Positions 53,569-64,000 of a stretch of DNA of 64,000 nucleotides are shown here, piece by piece. The first letter of the stretch is position 1, and each line of letters starts with the position of its first letter. The notes under the pieces were generated by a model. The model saw nothing but the letters and a program-made list of their open reading frames with translations. It did no database searches and had not been told where the DNA came from. The DNA is taken from contig NC_058368.1 of the NCBI RefSeq assembly GCF_018350175.1, forward strand, positions 86,926,001 to 86,990,000, read 5' to 3'. The position numbers and the translations under genes were made by a program. Source of the DNA: Felis catus (taxonomy: Eukaryota).

Positions 53569-56017
53569 GACAGCCTGGGCTCTATTTTGTTAGTCCCTCA
53601 GGAGCCTATGGTCTGAATAAATTTGGAGGGCTGACCTACTGACTTCATGGTAGATACTGGAGGGGAACACTCAGTGGTGACCCAACCTGTGGGCCCCCTT
53701 TGACAGAAACAGGTCACCATAGTGGGGGCCACAGGCAGTTGAACAGCCTTCCCATCCTACTGCCTCAGTGATGTGATTTACGTGGCCATGGAGTCACCCA
53801 TGAATTCTTGTACCTCCCCAAACACCCTGTGGCTTTAATGGGTCATGACCCATGACCTATTGGGGAAGCTGCAGGCCCAGATAACTTTCAACTCTCAGGG
53901 ACATTGCCCTGACCCTATGGAAATCAGAAGCAAAGATTATGACTCTTGTGATTCCCCAAGGAGAAGAATTGCGCCTCCAAAGACTCAGGGAGGGACTATA
54001 GCTGGTGTCTGAGGAGCTCCGGGGTGTGGGCTGAAGACAACTCACCAGGAATGGCCAGAAACATACCTCCTGTGGTTGTGGAGCTGAAGCCCTGGGCAGA
54101 GCCCACCTGCCAGAGACTATATTTCACCCCCTGCAAGGCACACATCTGGATCCAGAAGCACCTGGAAAGCCTTTTAAAGTATGGGATCCTCTGGTCATGC
54201 CAATCATCTTGGAACATGCCCCCCCTTACATGTCCAAAAGACACAGATGACTATAGGCCAACTCAGAACCTGTGAGCAGTAAACCAGGCCACTGTTACCA
54301 TACACCCAGTGGTCCCAAACCCATATACACTTTTGGGGCTCATTCTTGCTGAAGCCACCTTCTTCACCTGTTTGGACCTCAAAGATGCCTTCTTCTGCAT
54401 CTGCCTGACCCCTCAGCAGCAATTGATCTTTGCCTTCCAGTGGGAGGATCCTGAAAATGGTGATGAGGGCCAATTGACGGGCCAGGTTGCCTCAGGGATT
54501 CAAAAACTCACCAACCACTTTTGACACTGCATTAGCCTCTGACTTAAAAGTCTTCCCAGTGGATCAATATGGCTGTGTCCTGCTTTAGGACATAGATAAC
54601 TTACTGCTGGTGGAAGGTCCCTGAGGATTGCATGGAAGGGACCCAGATGTGTGGTTGCCTACCCTCCTTTGGAAAACCGGCTACAAGGTCACAAGGTAAA
54701 AGACCCAAATCTCTCCAGAAAAAGTCAATATCTTGGCTTCCACCTGTCCCAGGGGCAGCACCAACTTGGCCCACAGAGGAAGCAGACACTTTGTTTGATC
54801 CAGGCCCCATCAACCAGATGCCAGGTTCAGGAGTTTCTCAGGGCTGCAAGTTCTGTAGAATCTGGATACCTAACTTTTCAGTCCTGGTGAAACCCTTCTA
54901 GGAGGATACAAATGGGGGAGACCCGGAGCCCCTGATATGGGCATCAGTACAGCAAAAAGCCTTTGAGGAAATAAAGCAAGCCCTCATGTCATAGACCCTG
55001 GGTCTAAAGTTCTTTCTCTTCCAGCAAGAAATCAGACACAGGATTAAAATGTGAGAGATGACTCATGTCAGGGAAAAGACAAGAGCACTGCTTAAGGGTC
55101 CCTGCTCCCTTTTTATTAGGATCAGGATGCTTACAAAATATGGTGATGGATGTGCACAAAGACACAATGAAACTGTGAACATTAACTCATGGACATGAGG
55201 GAAAGGGGGTCATGAAGATATGCAGGGTTAGGCGTTTGTGTTAATAGCAGACAAAATCCTGGTGCTGGGTGGCCAGTGGAATTGTGCTTACAGCAGACAT
55301 GAGGCACCACTTCTGTTTACCTAAACTGGTCTAGGTGACAGAAAGACAGAGAAAGCTACCTCAGGGTCGAGGAGGCACCTTTCTTTTGGTAATCTGCTCT
55401 GCTCTGGGCAACTTCACCCTGCAGTGGTCTATAGCCCTGTTTACCTAATTTGGTCTTTCCTTTCTGTGAAAGCAGCTTTCTGCTATAGTACTAACTGGGG
55501 GGGGGGGGGGGGGGGAAGGGAGGCGCTTCTGCCCTAAATACCTAATCTTGCTTATTCCCTATACCTATGCTATATATTGGGGCCTTTGCCCTGCCCTCTC
55601 TATACTGGGGCTTCTGTCCCCCCTTCTCTATACTTATTTACCTAATCTTATTTACCCAAACTTGGGTGAGAGCATCCTCTGACTTTGTAATTCTTTATGC
55701 CTTGTTAACCCATCAGTGCAGGCTCAGGGAATTACTAAGCTTATTCCCCACACCCTCACTAGTGTGCCTGGTTTGGGGCTCCAAGACACGACCAACCCTT
55801 TTTTTCCTGTAGGTCCATGAGCACACTGGTATTGTGGTGGGAGTCCTAACCCAGATATTGGGGTCATGGCATTGCCCAGTTCCATATCTCTCCAAGAATC
55901 TTCACTCTGTTGCCCAGGGAGGCCCCCCTGCCTACGGGCACTTGCAGCCATGGCCCTCTTAGTGTCAGAGGCTGATAAGTTAACTATGGGACAAGAATCG
56001 ACAGTCCAAGTGCCGGG
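53569..56017 (+). pseudogene. pol: Class I ERV pro-RT, interrupted by a solo LTR
   Basis: FMVDTGGEHSV (PR); VPNPYTLL, LDLKDAFF, FAFQWEDP, degenerate YVDD (HIDNLLL); PPCLRALAA...EADKLTMGQ. Confidence 0.92.
54987..55752 (-). mobile_element. Solo LTR (class II-like) inserted in class I pol
   Basis: TG...CA ends; 6-bp TSD ccctca at 54981-54986 and 55753-55758. Minus strand starts TGTGGGGAA; AATAAA (-) at 55112-55117. Confidence 0.9.
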
Positions 56018-56315
56018 CAGCTTTTGAGATTGTATTAAGCCAACATTTCTACATCCCTTGACTCTCCAGCATAGTCTGAGTGTTATGTGAGCAATGTGAA
56101 ACATATGCCCAGAATAACCCATGTCAGGGACAAAAGGCCGCTTCTGGGGTGCAGAGTGTTGGGGGAAACCCATTTGAAAATGTGAAGGTGGACTTCACTG
56201 AGCTTCTCAGGGTTCAAGACTGTAAATATCTTTTGGTCTTTGTCTGCATTTGTCAGGATGGGTGGAAGCTTACCCTACTCAAACAGAAAATGCACATGAA
56301 ATGACTTGACTTCTT

Positions 56316-59300
56316 TTTTATTTTTCCATTTCAATTTTTTTCAATATATGAAGTTTATCGTCACATTGGTTTCCATACAACACCCAGTGCTCATCCCAAA
56401 AGGTGCCCTCCTCAATACCCATCACCCACCCTCCGCTCCCTCCCACCCCACATCAACCCTCAGTTTGTTCTCAGCTTTTAAGAGTCTCTTATGCTTTGGC
56501 TCTCTCCCACTCTAACCTCTTTTTTTCTTCTTTCCCTCCCCCATGGGTTCCTGTTAAGTTTCTCAGAATCCACATAAGAGTGAAAACATACGGTATATGT
56601 CTTTCTCTGTGTGGCTTATTTCACTTACCATAACACTCTCCAGTTCCATTCACGTTGCTACAAAGGGCCATATTTCATTCTTTCTCATTGCCACGTAGTA
56701 CTCCATTGTGTATATAAACCACAATTTTTTTTATCCATTCATCAGTTGACGGACATTTACGCTCTTTCATAATTTGGCTATTGTTGAGAGTGCTGCTATA
56801 AACAGCCCCTATACATCACTACTCCTGTATTCTTTGGGTAAATTCCTAGCAGTGCTAATGCTGGGTCAAAGGGTAGGTCTATTTTTAATTTTTTGAGGAA
56901 CCTCCACACTGTTTTCCAGAGTGGCTGCACCAATTTGTATTACCACCAACAGTGCAAGAGGGTTCCCGTTTCTCCACATACTCTCTGGCATCTAGAGTCT
57001 CCTGATTTGTTCATTTTGGTCACACTGACTGGCGTGAGGTTACATCTGAGTGTGGTTTTGATTTGTATTTCCCTGATGAGGAGCGACGTTGAGCATCTTT
57101 TCATGTGCCTGTTGGCCATCCGGATGTCTTCTTTGGAGAAGTGTCTATTCATGTTTTCTGCCCATTTCTTCAGTGGATTATTTGTTTTTCGAGTGTGGAG
57201 TTTGGTGAGTTCTTTATGGATTTTGGATACTAGCCTTTTGTCTGATATGTCATTTGCAAACATCTTTCCTAATTCCGTTGGTTGCCTGTTAGTTTTGTTG
57301 ATTGTTTCCTTTGCTGTGCAGAAGCTTTTAATCTTCATAAGGTCCCAGTAGTTCATTTTTGCTTTTAATTCCCTTGCCTTTGGGGATGTGTCAAGTAAGA
57401 AATTGCTGCGACTGAGGTCAGAGCGGTTTTCTCCTGCTTTCTCCTCTAGGGTTTTGATGGTTTCCTGTGTCACATTCAGGTCCTTCATCCATTTTGAGTT
57501 TATTTTGTGAATGGTGTGAGAAAGTGATCTAGTTTCAGTTTTCTGCATGTTGCTGTCCAGGTCTCCCAGCACCATTTGTTAAAGAGACTGTCTTTTTGCC
57601 ATTGGATATTCTTTCCTGCTTTGTCAAAGATTAGTTGGCCATACTTGTGTGGGTCTAGTTCTGAGGTTTCTATTCTATTCCATTGGTCTATGTCTGTTTT
57701 TCTGCCAATACCATGCTGTCTTGATGATGACAGCTTTGTAGTAGAGGCTAAAGTCTGGGATTGTGATGCCTCCTGCTTTGGTCTTCTTCTTCAAAATTAC
57801 TTTGGCTATTCGGGGCCTTTTGTGGTTCCATATGAATTTTAGGATTGCTTGTTCTAGCTTTTAGAAGAATGCTGGTGCAATTTTGATTGGGATTGCATTG
57901 AATGTGTAGATAGCTTTGGGTAGTATTGACATTTTGACAACATTTATTCTTCCAATCCCTTAGCACGGAATGTTTTTCCATTTCTTTATATCTTCTTCAA
58001 TTTCCTTCATAAGCTTTCTATAGTTTTCAGCATACAGATCTTTTACATCTTTGGTTAGGTTTACTACTAGGTATTTTATGCTTCTTGGTGCAATTGTGAA
58101 CGGGATCAGTTTCTTTATTTGTCTTTCTGTTGCTTCATTGTTAGTATATAAGAATGCAACTGATTTCTGTACATTGATTTTGTATCCTGCAACTTTGCTG
58201 AATTCATGTATCAGTTCTAGCAGACTTTTGGTGGAATCTATCGGATTTTCCATGTATAATATCATGTCATCTGCAAAAAGCGAAAGCTTGACTTCATCTG
58301 TGCCAATTTTGATGCCTTTGATTTCCTTTTGTTGTCTGATTGCTGATGCTAGAACTTCCAGCACTATGTTAAACAACAGCAGTGAGAGTGGACATCCCTG
58401 TCGTGTTCCTGATCTCAGGGAAAAAGCTCTCAGTTTTTCCCCGTTGAAGATGATGTTAGCTGTGGGCTTTTCATAAATGGCTTTTATGATCTTTAAGTAT
58501 GTTCCTTCTATCCCGACTTTCTCGAGGGTTTTTATTAAGAAAGCATGCTGAATTTTGTCAAAGGCCTTTTCTGCATCGATTGACAGGATCATATGGTTCT
58601 TATCGTTTCTTTTATTAATGTGATGTATCCCATTGATTGATTTGCGAATGTTGAACCAGCCCTGCATCCCAGGAGTGAATCCCACTTGATCATGGTGAAT
58701 AATTCTTTGTATATGCTGTTGAATTCGATTTGCTAGTATCTTATGGAGAATTTTTGCATCCATATTCATCAGGGATATTGGCCTGTAGTTCTCTTTTTTT
58801 ACTGGGTCTCTGTCTGGTTTAGGAATCAAAGTAATACTGGCTTCATAGAATGAGTCTGGAAGTTTTCCTTCCCTTTCTATTTTTTGGACTAGCTTGATAA
58901 GGATAGGTATTATCTCTGCTTTAAACGTCTGGTAGAACTCCCCTGGGAAGCCATCTGGCCGTGGACTCTTATTTGTTGGGAGATTTTTGATGACTGATTC
59001 AATTTCTTCGCTGGTTATGGGTCTGTTCAAGCTTTCTATTTCCTCCTGATTGAGTTTTGGAAGCGTGTGGGTGTTTAGGAATTGGTCCATTTTTCCAGGT
59101 TGTCCAGTTTGTTGGCATATAATTTTTCATACAATTCCCTGATCATTGCTTGTATTTCTGAGGGGTTGGTTGTAATAATTCCATTTTCATTCATGATTTT
59201 ATCTATTTGGGTCATCTCCCTTTTTTTTTTGAGAAGCCTGGCTAGAGGATTATCAATTTTGTTTATTTTTTCAAAAAAACTAACTCTTGGTTTTGTTGAT

Positions 59301-62300
59301 CTGCTCTACAGTTTTTTTTAGATTCTATATTGTTTATTTCTGCTCTGATCTTTATTATTTCTCTTCTTCTGCTGGGTTTAGGCTGCCTTTGCTGTTCTGC
59401 TTCTATTTCCTTTAGGTGTGCTGTTAGATTTTGTATTTGGGATTTTTCTTGTTTATGGAGATAGGCCTGGATTGCAATGTATTTTCCTCTCAGGACTGCC
59501 TTCGCTACATCCCAAAGCGTTTGGATTGTTGTATTTTCATTTTCATGTGTTTCCATACATTTTTAAATTTCTTCTCTAATTGCCTGGTTGAGCCATTCAT
59601 TCTTTAGTAGGGTGTTCTTTAACCTCCATGCTTTTGGAGGTTTTCCAGACTTTTTCCTGTGGTTGATTTCAAGCTTCATAGCATTGTGTTCTGAAAGTAT
59701 GCATGGTAGGATTTCAATTCTTGTATACTTGTGAAGGGCTGTTTTGTGACCCAGTAGGTGATCTATCTTGGAGAATGTTCCATGTGCACTCGAGAAGAAA
59801 GTATATTCTGTTGCTTTGGGATGCAGAGTTCTAAATATCTGTCAAGTCCATCTGATCCCATGTATCATTCAGGGCCCTTGTTTCTTTATTGACCGTCGGT
59901 CTAGATGATCTATCCATTTCTGTAAGTGGAGTGTTAAAGTCCCCTGCAATTAACATGTTCTTATCAATAAGGTTGCTTATGTTTGTGAATACTTGTTTTA
60001 TATATTTGGGGGCTCCTGTATTCGTCACATAGACATTTATAATTGTTCGCTCTTCCTGATGGATAGACCCTGTGATTATTATATAATGCCCTTCTTCATC
60101 TCTTGTTACAGCCTTTAATTTAAAGTCTAGTTTCGGGGCGCCTGGGTGGCGCAGTCGGTTAAGCGTCCGACTTCTGCCAGGTCACGATCTCGCAGTCCGT
60201 GAGTTTGAGCCCTGCGTCGGGCTCTGGGCTGATGGCTCAGAGCCTGGAGCCTGTTTTCTGATTCTGTGTCTCCCTCTCTCTCTGCCCCTCCCCCGTTCAT
60301 GCTCTGTCTCTCTCTGTCCAAAAATAAATAAGCGTAATAAAAAAAAATAAAAAAAAATGAAGTCTAGTTTGTCTGATAAAAGTATGGCTACTCCAGCTTT
60401 CTTTTGACTTCCAGTGGCATGATAAATATTTCTCCATCCCCTCACTCTCAATCTGAAGGTGTCCTCAGGTCTAAAATAAGTCTTCTATAGACAGCAAATA
60501 GATGGGTCTTGTTTTTTTATGCATTCTGATACCCTGTCTTTTGGTTGGTGCATTTATCCATTACATTCAGTGTTAATATAGAAAGATATGGGTTTAGAGT
60601 CATTGTCATGTCCGTAGGTTTCATGCTTGTAGTGATGTCTCTGGTACTTTGTCTCACAGGATTCCCCTTAGGATCTCTTGTAGGGCTGATTTCGTGGTGA
60701 CGAATTCCTTCAGTTTTTGTTTGTGTGGGAAGACCTTTATCTTTCCTTCTATTCTAAATGACAGACTTGCTGGATAAAGGATTCTCGGCTGCATATTTTT
60801 TTCTGTTCATTACATTGAAGATCTCGTGCCATTCCTTTCTGGCCTGCCAAGTTTCAGTAGAGAGAGCCGTCACGAGTCTTATCGGTCTCCCTTTATATGT
60901 TAGAGCACGTTTATCTCTAGCTTCTTTCAGAATTTTCTCTTTATCCTTGTATTTTGCCAGTTTCACTGTGATATGTCCTGCAGAAGATCGATTCAAGTTA
61001 TGTCTGAAGGCAGTTCTCTGTGCCTCTTGGATTTCAGTGCCTTTTCCCTTACCCAGATCCTGGAAGTTCTCAGCTATTATTTCTTCAAGTACACCTTCAG
61101 CACCTTTCCTTCTCTCTTCCTCCTCTGGAATACCAATTATGTGTATATTATTTCTCTTCAGTGCATCACTTATTTCTCTAATTTTCCCCTCATACTCCTG
61201 GATTTTTTTATCTCTCTTTTTCTCAGCTTCTTCTTTTTCCATAATTTTATCTTCTAGTTCACGTATTCTCTCCTCTGCCTCTTCAATCCGAGCCGTAGTT
61301 GTCTCCATTTTATTTTGCAGCTCGTTGATAGCTTTTTTATAGTTCCTCCTGGCTGTTCCTTAGTCCCTTGATCTCTGTAGCAAGAGATTCTCTGCTGTCC
61401 TTTATACTGTTTTCAAGCCCAGTGATTAATATTATGACTATTATTCTAAATTCACTTTCTGTTATATTGTGTAAATCATTTTTGATCAGTTCGTTAGCTG
61501 TTGTTATTTCCTGGACATTTTTCTGAGGGGAATTCTTCCGTTTCCTCATTTTGAATAGTCCCTTGAGTGGTGCGGAACTGCTGGGCACTTCCCCTATGCT
61601 GTCTTGAATAACTTGCGTTGGTGGGTGGGGCTGCAGACAGACCAGATGTCTGCTCCCAGCCCACTGCTGGGGCCACAGTCAGACTGGTGTGTGCCTTCTC
61701 TTCCCCTCTCCTTGGGACTGGATTCACTGCAGGGTGGCGTGGCCCATCTTGGCTACATGCACACTGCCAGGCTTGTGGTGGTGGGGATCTGGCATATTAG
61801 CTGGGGTGGATCGGCAAGGTGCACAGGGGCGGGAGAGGTAGGCTCAGCTCGCTTTTCCTTTGGAGATCCACTTCGGGAGGGGCCCTGGGGCACCAGGAGG
61901 GTCAGACCCACTGGAGGGATGGATCTGCAGAAGTGCAGCTTTGGGTGTTTGTGTGGTGCAAGCAAGTTCCCTGGCAGGAACCGATTCCCTTTGGGATTTT
62001 GGCTGGGGGATGGGCGAGGGAGATGGCGCTGGTGAGCTCCTTTGTTCCCCACCAAGCTGAGCTCTGTCTCCGGGGTTCAACAACTCTCCCTCCCGTTGTC
62101 CTCCAGCCCTCCCTTTCTCCGAGCAGAGCTGTTAGCTTATGACCTTCTAGATGTCAAGTCCTGCTTACTGTCAGAACACACTGTCTGGCCCCTCCGATTT
62201 TGCAAGCCAAATTCAGAGGCTCTGTTTGGCCGGAGGGCTGCCCCTCCTTCCTCCCCGCCTCCCTCAGGCCAGTCCGTGGAGCGCACACCGCCTCTCTGCC

Positions 62301-62471
62301 CTTCCTACCCTCTTCCCTGGGCCTCTTGTCTGCCCTTGGCTCCGGAGACTCTGTTCTGTTAGTCTTCTGGCAGTTTTCTGGGTTATTTACGCAGGCGTAG
62401 GTGGAATCTAAGTGATAAGCATGACGCTCGGTGAGCCCAGTGTCCTCCTATGCCACCATCTTCCCAGGATC
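56316..62471 (-). mobile_element. Full-length young L1, disabled (ORF1 61549-60654, ORF2 60603-56563)
   Basis: All L1 parts present; 376-aa RT fragment with FADD. TSD tgac[t/c]tgacttctt at 56302-56315 and 62472-62485. Confidence 0.97.
60135..60359 (+). mobile_element. Young Can-SINE nested in L1 EN domain
   Basis: TSD aagtctagttt at 60123-60133 and 60360-60370. Confidence 0.95.
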
Positions 62472-63321
62472 TGACCTGACTTCTTCTAAAGAAATTATTC
62501 CAGGATTTGGGATCCCTATCACTATGGGTTCAGATAACAGGCCAAAGTTCATGACTGAGGAGGTGCAGTTAATGGCAAAGAGGCTAAAGATCACCTGAAA
62601 GTTTCACATGGCATACCAACCCCAGAGCTCCAGGAAGATGGAATGAATGAACCAAACCCTGAGCTGAAATTAAGTAAATTGTGTCAGAAAACCCACCTAC
62701 ACTGGGACCAGGTGTTGCCAATAGCCTTGTTAAGAATCAGGTGTAGCCTCAATAAGCTAACGGGGTTTTCCCCTTATGAAATCCTCTATGGGTGCCCCTG
62801 CACATTACCAAGGACATGAAGGGGGATTTAAATGAGATAGGTAATCTAACCCTAAGGCAACAGATGTGGGCCTGTGGCTCTACCCTAACCACCTTACACC
62901 ACTGTGTTAGGGAGCAATTACCTCTGGATCTGACCACAGACGCTCATCCCTTTAAACCAGGAGATGCTGTATGGGTAAATGAGTCGAATGTCCAACCCCT
63001 AACACCCTTTTGGAGAGGCCTTTTCACCATTATATTCTCCACCCCGACTGAAGTAAAGGTGGCTGAAGTGGGCCCCTGGATTCACTACAGCAGAGTGAAA
63101 CTGGCATCTCAAAACTGGTAATGCATCCCTGATCCATCAACACCATGCAAGTTGACCACATGGAAGAAGCAATCTGCAACTCCAGAGGCTCCAGGAGACT
63201 GCAGCCCTGCTTTAGTTATTCTGGAAGCTGACTAATCTACATAAGGCAGAAACTTGAGGAATCGACCATTCAGTGAAACAAATAGACTGTCCTTATTTTC
63301 TATATCTGTTTCCCTGCTGTG

Positions 63322-63474
63322 ATGCACTGTTGCCCTTTGTCTCTTGCTGTTATTGTGATTCTTGCCCTATTTTTCGCCATAGGATTGGCACAGCCTGACC
63401 CGGCCAGTTGGTGGGGGGGGGGGGGTAGCAAGAGGTTTCTGTTAGCACTCACATCCTATCACTTTTGTGGATAG
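63322..63474 (+). other. Small open hydrophobic ORF (50 aa) between pol and env
   Basis: Manual translation: MHCCPLSLAVIVILALFFAIGLAQPDPASWWGGGGSKRFLLALTSYHFCG*. Confidence 0.4.
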
Positions 63475-63475
63475 G

Positions 63476-64000
63476 ATGATTCATTGGTATTGGTTGCTTC
63501 TAATATGGACCCCTTCTGTAGACCTAGATTCTTCATCCTGTGACCCATGTATTCGCATAACCAGGTCAGGCCAGGGCGTCGCTTGGACCTTACTGTACCA
63601 TACCCACTTCTCATGCCTAGGGAACAATCCTGGGGACCCGCATGCACAATAAGACCACCTATTCTGTCTGCCAATGGGAGGATCAATAAACTTGTCTTGA
63701 CACACCATATTCCCCAAAGGAAGAATGGCTAGAAGTCCAGAGCACCCTCTAGGCAAGGGAAAAATGAACCAAAGGATACAACTCACTAACGTAAAACATC
63801 CAGTGTCAATACTTTCTGATGTGTGGTCAATCATAGTTGATGCCCAGAAAAGGCAGCTAACCTTTGCCAAGGCATGGGAAGGACTCTCTTGGTAATGAGA
63901 GTACAGGGTAAATGGTAAGTACATGTGTGAACTGTCCTCAACTAGAGCCCATTTCAGGTGTGCCGTGACTCCCCAGTTTTACTGTCACTCCTGGGACTGT
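63476..64000 (+). pseudogene. env: Class I ERV env 5' part, ERV3/HERV-R-like, frameshifted; runs off the window
   Basis: Signal peptide, then CDPCIRITRSG...TLLYHTHFSCLG/..HNKTTYSVC, resembling ERV3 env CLHCTHTTWSG..TLLYHTYYECAG..HNQTTYSVC. Confidence 0.82.

Larger units (their letters stand above)
56018..63235 (+). pseudogene. pol: Class I ERV integrase, split by a full-length L1 (IN parts 56018-56315 and 62472-63235)
   Basis: CEQCETYAQNN, VDFTEL, KYLLVFVC; then EIIPGFGIP..GSDN, AYQPQSS, HPFKPGDAVWV, PWIHYSRVK. Confidence 0.92.

Noticed and set aside
51810..56300. APOBEC3 hypermutation of the class I provirus
   Set aside because: Many TGG codons survive and the stops fit CpG decay and ordinary drift; it cannot be tested without a consensus.
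57960..59090. 376-aa RT ORF as a functional or domesticated gene, or an active L1
   Set aside because: It is only the longest surviving piece of an ORF2 with frameshifts and a SINE in the EN domain; ORF1 is also broken.

Overview
Mammalian genomic DNA, very likely felid (Can-SINEs of the felid SINEC_Fc type and carnivore L1s). It is almost entirely transposon-derived, and I can support no intact host protein-coding gene, tRNA, rRNA or CRISPR array. Contents: (1) a decayed betaretrovirus-like (class II) ERV split into two oppositely oriented pieces, with IN plus env leader on + (1-1090) and env TM, PPT and 3' LTR on - (1801-2880); (2) three full-length but disabled young L1s (2888-8815 +, 12062-18553 -, 56316-62471 -), plus many older, truncated and 5'-inverted L1s; (3) a full-length 7SK retrocopy with poly-A tail and 22-bp TSD (18588-18942); (4) about 16 Can-SINEs or SINE fragments, an MLT1 LTR, an L2 fragment and microsatellites; (5) a decayed HERV-E/ERV3-like class I provirus (50908 to window end) with nested solo LTR, L1 and SINE. 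The most interesting signals are a probable L1-mediated inversion through the class II ERV, a private 8-bp frameshift shared by two L1 copies, and an intact 50-aa hydrophobic ORF between pol and env of the class I ERV. I do not see strong evidence for a genuinely new biological system. Family assignments come from recalled motifs, not database searches.
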